From assembly GCA_964270895.1 (NCBI GenBank), contig OZ185444.1: 64,000 bases of DNA. One strand, given 5' to 3'. Positions 1 to 11,988 of this stretch are shown here, one piece after another. The notes under the pieces were generated by a model. The model did not search any database and had not been told where the DNA came from. It saw only the letters and a program-made list of their open reading frames with translations. Source of the DNA: Podarcis filfolensis. Lineage: Eukaryota. Every line of letters starts with the position of its first letter. Within the stretch, counting starts at the first letter, position 1. The position numbers were made by a program, and so were the translations under genes.

Positions 1-132
1 GGGAGGAGAGTGCTGTTGTGCTATTGTCCTGCCTGTGGAACCACAGGTATCTGGTTGCGCACTGTGAGAACAGAGTACTGGAAGTGATAGGCCTTTGGTC
101 TGATCCAGCACAGCTTTTCTTATGTTCTTATG
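1..132 (+). mobile_element. 3' end of a CR1-type LINE or CR1-tailed SINE
   Basis: Ends in GGCCTTTGGTCTGATCCAGC...TTCTTATGTTCTTATG, a CR1-type terminus. Confidence 0.6.
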
Positions 133-370
133 GCAGTGGTAATTTAAATTTTATTGGGTGTTTTGTACTGTATTGTTACCCATCGTGAACCTTGGGATGC
201 AGCAGGATAAAAACTGAACTTAATGAAGGCTTGCTGCAGAATGTTTTTCTAATTTTACTAAGCGTGGCAGACCTGAGACAACTCTTTGAAAATAATTTTC
301 ACTTTGTCCATGCTGCAAACTCTATTCCTTTCTACCTGGTTCAATACACTCCTGTCTTCATTATTCTGCC

Positions 371-481
371 ATGACAGTTGGTTTGCCTTAAAAAAAAAGG
401 CATCATTTCATAAAGGAGGACCTGAAATGACAGTTGGTTTGCCTTAAAAAAAAAGGCATCATTTCATAAAGGAGGACCTGA
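371..481. repeat. Exact tandem duplication, period 56 bp
   Basis: ATGACAGTTGGTTTGCCTT(A9)GGCATCATTTCATAAAGGAGGACCTGA occurs at 371 and 427 with no mismatch. Confidence 0.95.
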
Positions 482-974
482 GAGTAACCAGAAAGAGACC
501 TCTTTTGATCTATTTTATCCTTTTAGTAAGTGAAAAATGTCTGCCCATCAAGTGCTTGTCCTATTGTTGCTGAATGTCTAAGAGCTATTATACTTAAAAA
601 GTAACTTCAGAACAGTCTAAAAATAATTAAAAATGGAAGTAAAGCAAATACAATCTAAAAAAAGGAGAGGTGACATTGGAGGGAATGCAGTTAGAGCAGA
701 TAGGATGAAGGGTAATTCTTGCTGGACTAAGCTTTGGGGAGGGAAATCGAGGGCAGAAGAAAGATGTTTGACAGAAATGAAAATTTGCAGGAAACAAAAA
801 AGGACATAATATGAAAGATTTCATAGAGGTAGCTGAGCAGGTCCTCCTGGACTGATACCCAATCTACACATTATGCAGACTGAGGTGACTGACTAGGGAT
901 GGAGGAATTATAGCAGGGTGTTTGTACAGGAATCATATTTCTTCATATTGTGTAGCTCAGCTCTCAGTCTCATC

Positions 975-1054
975 CCTATCTAGGGATGCTGGGGATTGAA
1001 CCTGGAGCCTTTTGCATCCAAACAGATGCTCTACCACTGAACTATGACCCTTCC
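975..1054 (-). mobile_element. tRNA-derived SINE head, same family
   Basis: GGGATTGAACCTGG...GATGCTCTACCACTGAACTA is the reverse complement of the B and A boxes. Confidence 0.7.
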
Positions 1055-1597
1055 ACCATAGGCTACTCTTTCTGCCAAGCTGTTGTAGCTGCTAGCTCTT
1101 TATCCAGAGTCAGGTTTCAGTCCATCTTGGAGACATAAACTGTATTTTCTCCTTTCTGCTTTCCAGGTTGCCAAAGAGCCTGGGTGCTGTCTTCCACTCT
1201 GGCCCCTTAACCCCCTACTCTGTGCCTATTCCAAACCCTATTGAAAAACTAGCAGGCAGGCAGCCAACTCCTTCACTTTTCACTGTGTTTTTTATTGTGC
1301 ACAATTAGTCTCCTTTCTTCCCCATACCTCCCACTGCTTCATAACAAGGGGAAGAAAGGAAGGAGGATGCTTAAATCCCTCCTGATTATCTGCTCCTGCT
1401 TCTCAAAAAGGGGTGAAGGGAGTTCAAGCAATACAAAAGCACCTGCTGTTTCCCAAGGAGAAGATGAGGGTAATTCTGAGCTTTCAAGCTCCTGACAGAC
1501 TCTAAGACTGTAGATGTTTTGAGAGTAGATTCTGCTTGCTTGTCTGGGTCGGCTCCTTCTCACTGGGTGAGCCTGTGTGTCTGAATGTGCATGCATG

Positions 1598-1600
<3 letters not shown>

Positions 1601-1663
<63 letters not shown>

Positions 1664-1672
1664 CTGCTGCTG
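1601..1672. repeat. Compound microsatellite (CT)23(GT)8(GCT)3
   Basis: Seen directly. Confidence 0.95.
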
Positions 1673-2001
1673 TCATCACAGATGTACCCCCAGCTGTCAC
1701 TCCACCCTGCTCCGTCTCTTCCTCTCTCTTTCTCTCTTCTCTCTCCTCCCCACTTGGCGCTTTCTCGATTATTCAGCTGACTGCCGTCCCTATTGCACAC
1801 AGCTATCTCCCCTTTACTCCACTGCTGCACTTCCGATGGTTCCAGAGTCTTGGCATCATGCAGGGCGAAGGGGGATGATGCCGAGCGGCGCTTTACGAGC
1901 GCTTGCCTGCCTGCCTGCACATCGCTTGCACAGAAACGTTGGGATACCCACAACAGGGTTTGGCAACTCTAAAGAGACTCCATCCCAGCCAGCAGAGAAC
2001 T
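1660..2001 (+). other. LRTM2: Candidate distal 5' exon of LRTM2 (start approximate)
   Basis: CpG-retaining, GC-richer segment that follows a (CT)23(GT)8 tract and ends in an AACT|GTAAGT donor at 2002. No transcript evidence is available. Confidence 0.45.
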
Positions 2002-3061
2002 GTAAGTAGCGGATCTTGTCTCTGTGGTACCATCTGACCGCTGGGAAAATTGCTTCCACTTGTCTGCCCTTTGCCATTCTGTCCAGAGGGTATTCACTGA
2101 TTTAGGGAGGGATTTACGAGGCTGATGGATCAATCTCCCTCACTTTCTGTGTGCATGAAAAGGCAATTCTGAGGGAGAACACAAATGACCAAAGCCACGG
2201 GCCAGTCGTTTGATTGACAGAGTGGCAGGTGATGATGAGTCCAGTGCGGATAGTTGTGGGTAATCAAAGTCAGATGCAGAGGGCTGGAAGAAATAGTGCC
2301 TGCCAGCCAGTGATAAGGCATAACGCTTCCTCAGTGGCAAAGATAGTTATAGCCTCAGAGAATAGGCACTGTGAGGGTCAGTAGTTTGGATCGCCGTTGC
2401 TTATGCCTACCCCATCCCCCTGAATACTGGATCTTCTTGCATCCCCATCAAGAACAATTTCATATGGAAACTTGCCCAGAAATAGAGGGGTGGAGGGAGG
2501 AGAGAAGTACCACTTTAACTAGTCACAGTTTTATAGGCACAATTTCTAGACTGAGTTGATTCTTTAAAAGAAAGAAAGAAAGCTGGGCAAAACAAAGATA
2601 CGGACAAGGAATACGAAGGAAGAAAAAACGAGTATGTTTGTGGACTAAGAGCTTGTCCATAGAAAGTTCAGATGCCAGCAAAGAAGATTTTAATGTGATA
2701 AGGCACTTTCTCTTGGATTTGTTTTTTTGTGCCCCTGTTCCACTGATGCACCGCATGAGAATCATGCTACAAAACATGAACCAAGAGATGCCGTGCTGCA
2801 AGAGGAGCCAAAAATAGTTGTCTCATCCCTTCCCCCCTCCCACTGCTGCCCTGGAGGCTGGTCCCGGAGATCAGTGAACCTTTGTGAAGGTGTCATGCTG
2901 GTGGAAGCAGGGGGAGGAAAAGGGCACAGGCTACCTTTTTGTAGTTTTTGATACATAGGAAGGATTTACTCAGAAGAAAGCAGGAGGCACTGAGAGGAAA
3001 AGCAGGGAGAAAAAGGGGGGAGGGGAGGGCTTTCTAATCATTTCCTCTGTGTGTGTCCGCC

Positions 3062-3088
3062 TGTGTGTGTGTGTGTGTGTGCGCGCGC
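3062..3088. repeat. (TG)10(CG)3 alternating purine-pyrimidine tract
   Basis: Seen directly. Confidence 0.9.
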
Positions 3089-3297
3089 AAACAAGATCAG
3101 AGAAATGTGTGTGCTGAATGAGACAGAGCGCACACATGCATCTCTTATTCACAGCAGCCTGCCACAATGCATCCATTTCATTGCCTGTCTTTATTTATTT
3201 TAAAATTAAAGTAGGAATTGTTTGGACCTCAGCTGATTTCTAGAACTACTTACCATGCAGTGTATGGAAATGTTGTTCTATGGTATTGCAGTTTGGC

Positions 3298-3345
<48 letters not shown>

Positions 3346-3375
3346 TTTTAGACCCTCACCCACTGAGAGCCTCAT

Positions 3376-3405
<30 letters not shown>
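3298..3405. repeat. (AAT)15 at 3298-3344 and (ATTT)8 at 3374-3405
   Basis: Seen directly. Confidence 0.95.
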
Positions 3406-3406
<1 letters not shown>

Positions 3407-3420
3407 TCAACCAATCAATC

Positions 3421-3545
3421 AGAACAACCCTGTTAGGTAGGCCAGTATTATGATAGCCATGTTATGTGAGGTGGACGATAAGGTTAAGAGATAGTGGCCT
3501 CTTTTAATGGGCTCATATTTCAGATTGAAACGGGGGTTTCCAAGC
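3421..3545 (-). mobile_element. MIR/Ther1-like CORE-SINE fragment
   Basis: AGAACAACCCTGTTAGGTAGGCCAGTATTAT...AAGGTTAAGAGATAGTGGCC next to an (ATTT)8 tract. Confidence 0.5.
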
Positions 3546-4005
3546 TTATATATTACCCTCTTCACCACCAGTAAAAGGCTGGAAAGTCAATAGTGGGTGG
3601 AGCCAGAGCCAATTAATTCTAGTTTTGTCTCCATCTTTCTCTCTGCTGAGTTTATCGAGGGCAACACTGAGATTAAGGAGGAGGCAGCCAATAGGAAATG
3701 CTACCCACTGGATTGGTTTGAAGTAAAAAGGCAAGTGGTTGAGGGCAGACTAAGGTTGGTGGGGCACTACCCTGTTTGCCACAAGGAACAAGCCCCTCCA
3801 TTGTTTACCATGCCACCTTTCAAAAATCTGGATCTGAACTTTCCCCATACTTTGAGAGAGTTCTGGTAATGGGTTCTGTCCCGTTTTAGCCATAAATCTA
3901 GTCGCAAACAGGGTCAGTATATCTTACCCTCAAATAATTCTCTGCAACTTGTGAATTTCAGAAAAAAACCCTAGGAGTTGGTTCAAAGCTGGGGAAGCAG
4001 GGACA

Positions 4006-4026
4006 GATGCTGTCCAAGGTGCTGTT
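4006..4026 (-). promoter_or_regulatory. Candidate REST/NRSF RE1 element
   Basis: The - strand reads AACAGCACCTTGGACAGCATC against the consensus TTCAGCACCnnGGACAGCGCC. Both half-sites are intact with the canonical 2-nt spacer. Confidence 0.65.
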
Positions 4027-4873
4027 ATACAATAGAAAGGGGGATACTTTGCACACTTTAGAACACATGGACAGATTTGTCACAAAGGTCAGAAAACTAG
4101 GGGCTCCTCCTCTTTTGTCTGCTGAGGTCATTCCAGAAGCAGAGACCACTTTGCTCTGGAGCTTTGCTGCTAGGGTCCATTTTGTAAGACTGGATTGTTC
4201 TACAACTGCCGAGAATGAACAATGTTTGCTAGTGGATTATTTCAAGTGAGTGAAGGGCCCGAGGGAATTGTATCCCAGATTGACATTATTGCAGACACTA
4301 TAAGCAGTCACCATTCTACCCAAGGCAGTTAAAATAAATCCAGATAAAGGATCTGCATGGAGGAAAGCCCAAACAATTTGGTCGTCTCCTAGTAGCATAC
4401 ACTCACTTTCACTCTGAAAACTGCCTGCCTACTAGTGCACTGAATTAGGATTTATGATTCCTTAATAATAAGATGTCTCCCTTTCAATATTTCAAACCTC
4501 CATTAAGTTATTTTCTAAGCCTTCTGCAGCACTCAGATACTGTGGTAGGAGGTGTGAACATGTCAAAACTCAAACATGGAATGGTGGGTGATGTCTAGAT
4601 GAAAGCATATGGTATATGATGACAGTACTGAGGGAAGAGAGGAAGTCAGTTATCGCATGTGTGAAGATGTAATAACCACATCAGCACCAAGCAGCCCCTC
4701 TGTTCCCCGAAGGCTAACATAAATGAGGCCCTCTTTTGCTTATTTTGGTACCAGGGTGCAAATTCTTTTCCTGGGTACAATTTGTCCTGCTACAGTCTCT
4801 CCATTGCAGCCAGAGTCCTAAATTGCCCTCAGTAGCACCCACCAGAAACTTAGTGATGAAGATATAACTCCAC

Positions 4874-4942
4874 CTGCAAAATCCTACGCATGTTTACTGA
4901 GAAGTAGTTGGGTTCCCAAGTAAGTGTGTACAGGATTGCAGC
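4874..4942. repeat. Short hairpin-type interspersed repeat
   Basis: Inverted arms CTGCAAAATCCTACGCATGTTTACT / AGTAAGTGTGTACAGGATTGCAG. Related copies occur near 24787-24885 and 53498-53590. Confidence 0.5.
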
Positions 4943-5073
4943 CTAAGTCTCTTAAAAGTAGACAAATCCTTCAGGACTGGCAAAGTGGGAGCATCCACAA
5001 GCATTTTATATACTTCAATCTTGTGGAGTCTCAAAATATGAGACCTGGATACATTGGCCAGTTCACAAAGCAT

Positions 5074-5267
5074 TAGGAATATAGGATACTGCCGTACATT
5101 GAGTCTAACCATTGGGTCCATCTAGCAAAGCACTGTCTGCACTGACTGGCAGTAGTTCTCCAGCATTTCAGGCAGGGAGCTCCCGCAGCAATATGTAGAG
5201 ATGCTGGGAGTTGAACCCAGGGGTATTTTCCATGCAAATCATGCACCACTGAGTCATGGCACTTCCC
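5074..5267 (-). mobile_element. tRNA-derived SINE, same family
   Basis: Reverse-complement tail TAGGAATATAGGA... through head GGGAGTTGAACCC...CACCACTGAG. Confidence 0.75.
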
Positions 5268-8200
5268 TTGAAGGCATGGGCTGTGAGGAAAGAGGATCCA
5301 TTCTGATGAGCCATATGGCAGCATTTCAAAGCACTTCCCACTTCCCTGATGGTCTCTTAATTGTCCTTCTGAAGCAGTTGGCTTTAGTGTGTATCACATG
5401 GGTTCTGCACAGGCATCTCAAGGAACACTCTGGGGGGCTAGAATGTCCCCTGTGGAACCTGCTGGAGATGCTTAAGGCTTCTTCCGAGTTGTGGCATGCA
5501 GTGTGCTTATACCACAGCGGTTAATCAAGTGAAGCAAATTCATGAAGCTAATTGAGGCAGAAAGGGGAATAAGCAAAAGTCCTTTTCAGAGTTCAGTATA
5601 AATATAGTGCAATTTAAGGAGGAGGGTGAGCCTTCCTCTGGGAACTTTGCTAGCAGCTGTAAATGCAGATTTTAAAAACCCCTTAGGAATGAAAAGGGGC
5701 TGCCATATTATTGTTGACATCTTTTGCTATTCCATATCTTGATGTCTGTGGTGCTGACTTTATGCGCAAAAGCCCCCACAAAACACAGAGGCAGCTATCC
5801 AGCTTCTAACAGACTTCAAGTCTGAAGTGTGGCCCTTCACTATTCGCTCACTCTTCCCAAACTGCCTTTCTCCTTGGCTGACAAAATGGCTCACAGCTTT
5901 TCATATGCTGATAACTCTGATCAGATGGGAGACAGGAAAAGTGAGGCCAATTGGACTAGGGTGAAGCATACTGGAATTAAGGATTGATAAACTAGAAAGC
6001 TTTCAAAGTGTCAAGATTCTCATTGTGAAGTTCTGCTCCCAGGAATGAAAGTGCCATATGTAACAAAGAACCATTTGGGCCTTTTTCTCTTGTAATTTTT
6101 GGTAGGAAAAAAATTGTACAGCTGCCCCTCAAATATGCAGAAGCCATGTATCCTTTTAATGATGCATTTCTGCTTACAGGGATATTTAAATTGCAACTCT
6201 GTCTTTGGAAAATGTTATGTTTAACACACACCCCTGCTAGCACACTCACCAGATTTATGAATGCTTTGTGGAACACAACTGTTTCCCAGCCACCGCACCA
6301 ATATCTGCACCATTTTAGAGTGTTTAATTATCAAGAATTTAATTGCTCCCACATGGCCTCACTCAAATGTGTGAGCTTTTATCTCTTTTTCAAAAAGGTG
6401 AATACCAGCTCCTTCCTCATAGCCCTACCATTTTGTGGCCATTTGCTTTAAAAAATTGATTATATTTATTTTCGTGGGAGGTTGATGCTATGATTCTATG
6501 TTGACTGGGATTCCCTTCCTTCCCTCCCCCAAAATCTTCCTGGCAGCAAGTCTTCCGACCATGCATGATGTAGGATTAGTGATTAGCACTTTGGCATCAT
6601 GATGTTTATGCATATACTGAGGACAATTTTGTTTAAGAAAGCTTTATGTGACCCAATCACTTATCAAACATTAAGTTTAGATCTGTAGAAATTGTTGTAT
6701 TGTTTTTAGACTTTGTAGGAATTGTTGTATTGCTTTAGAGTTTATGGAAATGGTTTTATTGTTTTTTTATAGAACTAGCAGGTTTTGTATGTGTTGCATT
6801 TCATTTTTATCTTGTTGTATGCCACTTTGATGACTTCAGGCTGTGAAGCAGTTCATGAAGTTGTAAAATAAATAAATAAATCTAATACACGTTTCGGAAA
6901 GTTGTTTGTTTGTATCTGGACATCTGTCAAGATATCACAACCAAATTTTGCATGGTAGTTCCTGAGACCAAGGAGAAGGTTTTCTTCTATGTTTGGATAC
7001 AATTGGATCAAGATGACAGACTGAATTTTTCAGAACTGCATTATTTTAACAACCAGTTTAAGAACTGCTATGATTGTTTGCTTTCTTGGAGTTCCCAAGG
7101 TACAAGATATGAGGTTGCAGGTAATAAATAATGGCCTATCACTTGACTGTTTTGGGGTAGGGGCTAGAGATAATACAGCACTATGGAAAAACTCTAAAGG
7201 TTTTTGTGGCCTATTGCATCATGCTTTGCACTGTTTTAAACTAGCATAAACAATAGGCTGTACACATCAACAGTTTTCTTGTGATTGCACAGCATGGGTT
7301 CTGTAGTCTAAAGGCAGATAAGTGCTTTGCTTGGGAGAATGAAAACGGATTGGTGTGAAAAAACTACAATGTCACAATAATTGTTTGTTTGGTGCAAGAA
7401 AGTGGTCAAAATATTTCAAGAATCCATGTAAATAGACGTGAGAAATTTGAAAGAATATGGATATATTTAATGCTCTTTTGTTTAAGGATAAGTGGATTCC
7501 TCATAAGTACTATGTCATATTTCAGAATGGCTGCCCGAGTTTCAAATCAGAATTCAGAAGCAATGCAGTAAGAATATTTGTTGGGAATGGGGGTTGGAAA
7601 TCTTGTTTTTCCCAAGGCTCATATTGGGTCACCACCACTTTCTGATTCATATTCCCTTTCTTGCTGTGATGACTTATGGTACATAATAAATATTCATTTG
7701 TTCTCTGATTTAAAAACCACACTTTCATATCTACCACAGAAAGGGTCCACACATAGCCACATGCCATTTCTACTCCTATCTATGCCATCTCATTCTGCCA
7801 TCTATGCCTTTCTGTTCTGGCACAGCAGTCAGTGTTCTTTATGTATTGCACCACACACTGGAGATATGCTAGCATGAAATGCCACATGCATAATGGGAAC
7901 AGGTTATATGAAGCTTTTCTGACTCTGGAATTGCTTGGCCCCCTGTATGATTTAATAAGAACAGGCAGGTGTTGTCATGGAAATCTGCTTATTTGCCTCC
8001 AAGCTCAGACACAGTGCCAGAAGTCGCAGCAGGAGTTTTCTAAACAACAAATGTGCCACAGGGCAAAGGTGTGGTCTAGTAGACTGAACACCAGGCAACA
8101 AAAATGAAGAGATAAAGCATTTTAATCTAAAATCTTATATCAAAGTTGAAGCCCAGATTTAGGCACTGCTTGAACCGCCTCTCCCTTTTCTCACACTGCT

Positions 8201-11200
8201 CATACTTTAAATCTGTCCTTGTCTTCATGAACAATAAGTGTACTCCTGATGTACATTTGAAGACCAATTTCCTGCAATGCACCCCGTGGCAGACCTACCA
8301 CCACTATCTGGATGCAGTCTTAGTGGGGCAGGTGTAGCATGCCTTGTCAAAGGAACCCAAAATTCCAATCCCCAGGGGGTTGGACTAGATGACCCTTGGT
8401 GTACCTTCCAATCCTACAATTTCTGTACTCCCACACACAAAGGTAGCTATGTTACTTACACAGTTACTTAAAGAAAATTTTTGAATTGCAGCTAGTGCAA
8501 GTCCTATAAGCTGGGGTCATATTACTTTTTATATTCTATGCAGTCAAGAGCAAAAGACTGTGATAAATAAATGTTGATTTGTAGCAATACAAGTGAGACT
8601 GAAATTTTCATCCATTGCAACTTTTCAGCACTTCTCAGTTCTAACATTCCCACTCAGTTTTGGGAGCTGAAAAAAATTCTGCAAAGTCATGGAATAAGAT
8701 GGGCTGAAGTCATGGCACAGAAATCTCCCTGTCTTCCCCTACTCCACCTCAGACACCCAGCCAAAAAACAGAACATCGTATTTTAAACATTTGTTGGTCC
8801 AAAAAATGTTTCATCTCACTTGCTTTACATTGCTCAAATAATTTTATCTAAAATAGAAGAAAGCACCAGTAAATGGTAGACCATTACTTTCAGAGTTCCT
8901 GAGGCTTATTTTTTCTCATAGGTGTCATAATCTAAAAGCCACAATTAAAAGTCATTTCACCACATTCTTCCTATTCCCCCCCACTCTGTTTTTGTTACAC
9001 ATAGCATTAAACTAAAGAAAAGCCTCTTAGCATTTGCAGAGCTGAGAATTTAGTACAATTATGTGGGGAAATGATATAACCAGAGCTAGGGTTCCCAAGC
9101 GACAGCCCTTTCTCCTAACTGCAACATGCAACGCCACCTCATCCCCCAAAGGAAGAAATGTGGGAAGGAATTGCATGTGCTCAAAGTCTCCCAAATAAAT
9201 TCATGGGCAAATATAGAGAGTGTGCTGTGCAAAGAAAGCTGATCTCTCCATCACTTCTGCTGACCTCAGAATGGACACAAACCTTCTGTCAAGGGGCTAA
9301 ACAAGGGGGGATTAAATCCCTGAGCCACTACTGACTACACGATTAACCTCTGCAGAAAATTAAAGTGCCTATGGAGAAGACCTTTTCCTCTGCAGCTGAG
9401 AGAGACAAAAATTGGGATTTGGATTAAAATTGGCAAGGCTGGTGATAAGCTGCCACCCACATGCAACTGTTCCTGGCTAGAACTGAAAACGGTTTCTCCA
9501 ATCTCATATGGAATCCCTCACCCTGATTCACATTGGGTATTATTTTTTTCTCCATATTAGGGATGGAGAGAATTGTATTTCTCTGCACTGAACAGGAAGG
9601 CAAGCAGTAACTTGTCCAACTCAGCTGCCTCTGTTCTACTAAACAATATATACATGTGCTCTATGCTAGCGCTTAGAATTAGTGCTGTCCTGTTACTCTG
9701 GGTTTCAGTCACAACAGAATCTGTTATTCCCAATCTGACTCACCCACCATCCATCACAGCACACTGGATTAGTCCTTTTTGCCCTGGTAAATGCTTCTTT
9801 ATCACAATTACTCTTCAGGAGCTGTGATGGCCACCATTTTGAAAAAGCCTGGGAATCTCTGGAATCAGAATCCCTTTATTTTGAAAAAGAGTTTCAGATG
9901 ACAAACACTTGTAACCAGCCTTTTATATGCCATGGGGAGTACGTTTCAGCAGGCTACTTCTTGGAGACAGTTTAGATAACAGTGGAAGAAGGGGATGCCT
10001 CCAGACTGACACTATTGTGGACTGGGATTTAAACGCATACCGGGAACTTTAGGCTTGTTGTATTAAAGTGATTAAGCCATTCTGTTGCCCTAGTGCAAGA
10101 AATCCACTTTTAAAAAAGAATGCACTGAAATGCAGAGTGAACAAATTATTAATAGGAAGATGTATAAACACTGCGTAAAGAAATGATGATGAATGCAGGA
10201 TGAAGGCTCATTGTCACACACTGTTCTCAAGAACAAATAAGAATAAAAGGTCAATAAAGACAGGTTATAATCTAATTTCCATGCAAGCTTTGTACAAGCA
10301 AATCAAGATGAAAACTCAATAAACAAGTAACCTGGAGGAGCTCAGAGTGAAACAAGAAGACTTCAAATGGACACTGATTTTCAACCTAAGTCTGGAAGAC
10401 TCTCAAGACTCCACATTGCAACTGATCTGACTTATTTTTCTGATCTTAGATACCTCCAACATTTCCTCATCACTGTTCTGGTTGGGTTTCAAGGAGGGAA
10501 TGACAAGTCTTGAATGGCAAGATTTTGTAAATCAGTAGTAAGGCACTGTGGGAAGGATTAGTGCCATTTCTGTTGTCTTTTTGGCACCAACTGAAGTCTT
10601 TCCTCTTTCGACAAACCTTTTAAGTGAAAATCTTTCCTGGTCTCCATCTGCATTGGAATTGCTTTTAGGCATTTTTAGACATTTGAACTGTTTTATCACC
10701 TCAGTGTTTCTCACCATGGGCTCCTCTGGGAAGAAGGGTAGGATATAAATTAATTTTTAAAATAAACAATAGAGAGAGGGAAGCAGACACAAAAAACACC
10801 AGCTGCCCTCTCTTGCCCCAGGTGGTCTGTTTATAGTTTGCTTGGTTTTGAGTGTATTGCTTTTAATGTATTAATTGCAATTCATTAATATTTTGAGCCA
10901 TTCTGAGGACTTCACTAAAACACAATCAATAATCCACCCAGTCAGTTACTCAGTTATTCAATAATCCATATGACGACCATGGAATTGCAATTGCTTAGGG
11001 AAGAGTTAAATATTGGAGGTGTCAGGCTGAACACTCAAAGCAGAGGCCCTAAAAATGAATTGCCATGTCAAATCTTAAATCATTTGTATTCTACTTTCCA
11101 CTTCTTTAAACCTGACCCTTAATGCCAAAGGGTTATAGAGTGGCACAAACCAAGAGTTAATACGCAATCATATGTTCCACAACTGAGAGCTGGCGCTAAA

Positions 11201-11840
11201 AAAGTCTCAGAGTGAGCTCTGGCTCAAATTATGGCATGAACTTAGATGTAATTTTTAGAAGACTGTAGAAATGCTTGATATGGTGAGGATTGTCATTTCT
11301 AATTAAATGCTTTAGCGCAATGGTTTACTGAGCTAATGATGATGTTCATGCTTAACATGAGCATATGGACTGTTAATTCAAAGGTAGAACGGATCAGAAA
11401 CTTCCTTCCTTCAAGCATTCCCCTGGGAGCGGAACTGGGAATGCAACTCACAACAAACAGTTTCTCTGGCAGATTCTGCATCTTCATTCATTTGGAAGAA
11501 CATCTGGGAATGACTTATAGCTTTGTTGAAAGCATCACAAGAGATTTTTCCATGGATTCTGGCTAGTTCATAGGTAGGTTTTGCCATCACACTCACCAAC
11601 GGTGTTGTCACCTGCATGGCACTGCCAGTGCCAGCACAATGCTCCTAGGGGGGCCCAATTGATGGTGGGAAAGGGGAGGGGAGGAATGGTGGACTCTTCC
11701 AGGACATGTGGACTCTTGCCGCTGCTCAAGTATACTGGGTGCTTAACACTGGGCCTGATCTCATCACTGGCTTGTTGCTTGAGTATTGCCAACAGCACTG
11801 ATATAGTGCATTAAAGTGCTTCAGCTATATTTTCTCAGCA

Positions 11841-11988
11841 GTCTTTACAATAACCCTGTAAGGTAAACCAGTACTGTTATCCACATATTACAAATAAGGG
11901 CTGAGAAAATGGTGCCTCACTTAAGGCCACCTAGAGAGTTTGAGGCTGAGGTGAGTTTTGAACTAGGGACTTCCTGGCTTGGAGCTCA
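11841..11988 (-). mobile_element. MIR/Ther1-like CORE-SINE (Squam3-like) fragment
   Basis: TACAATAACCCTGTAAGGTA...GGGCTGAGA...TTAAGGCCACC...TTTGAACTAGGGACTTCC resembles the MIR reverse complement. Confidence 0.6.

Noticed and set aside
1145-1170. Strong + strand acceptor-like tract (TTTTCTCCTTTCTGCTTTCCAG)
   Set aside because: No matching donor or upstream exon could be supported. Such tracts are common in introns.
1339-1953. 204-aa - strand ORF and overlapping + ORFs
   Set aside because: They are kept open by the (CT)n(GT)n microsatellite (ERERER, THTH, LSLS runs) and have no domain signal.
6880-7560. Possible Helitron-like or other DNA-element fragments
   Set aside because: The sequence looks repeat-like, but I could not define termini or a second copy in the window.
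10532-10717. ORF vaguely like a hAT transposase N-terminus
   Set aside because: Only a few residues are similar, with no TIR and no continuation.
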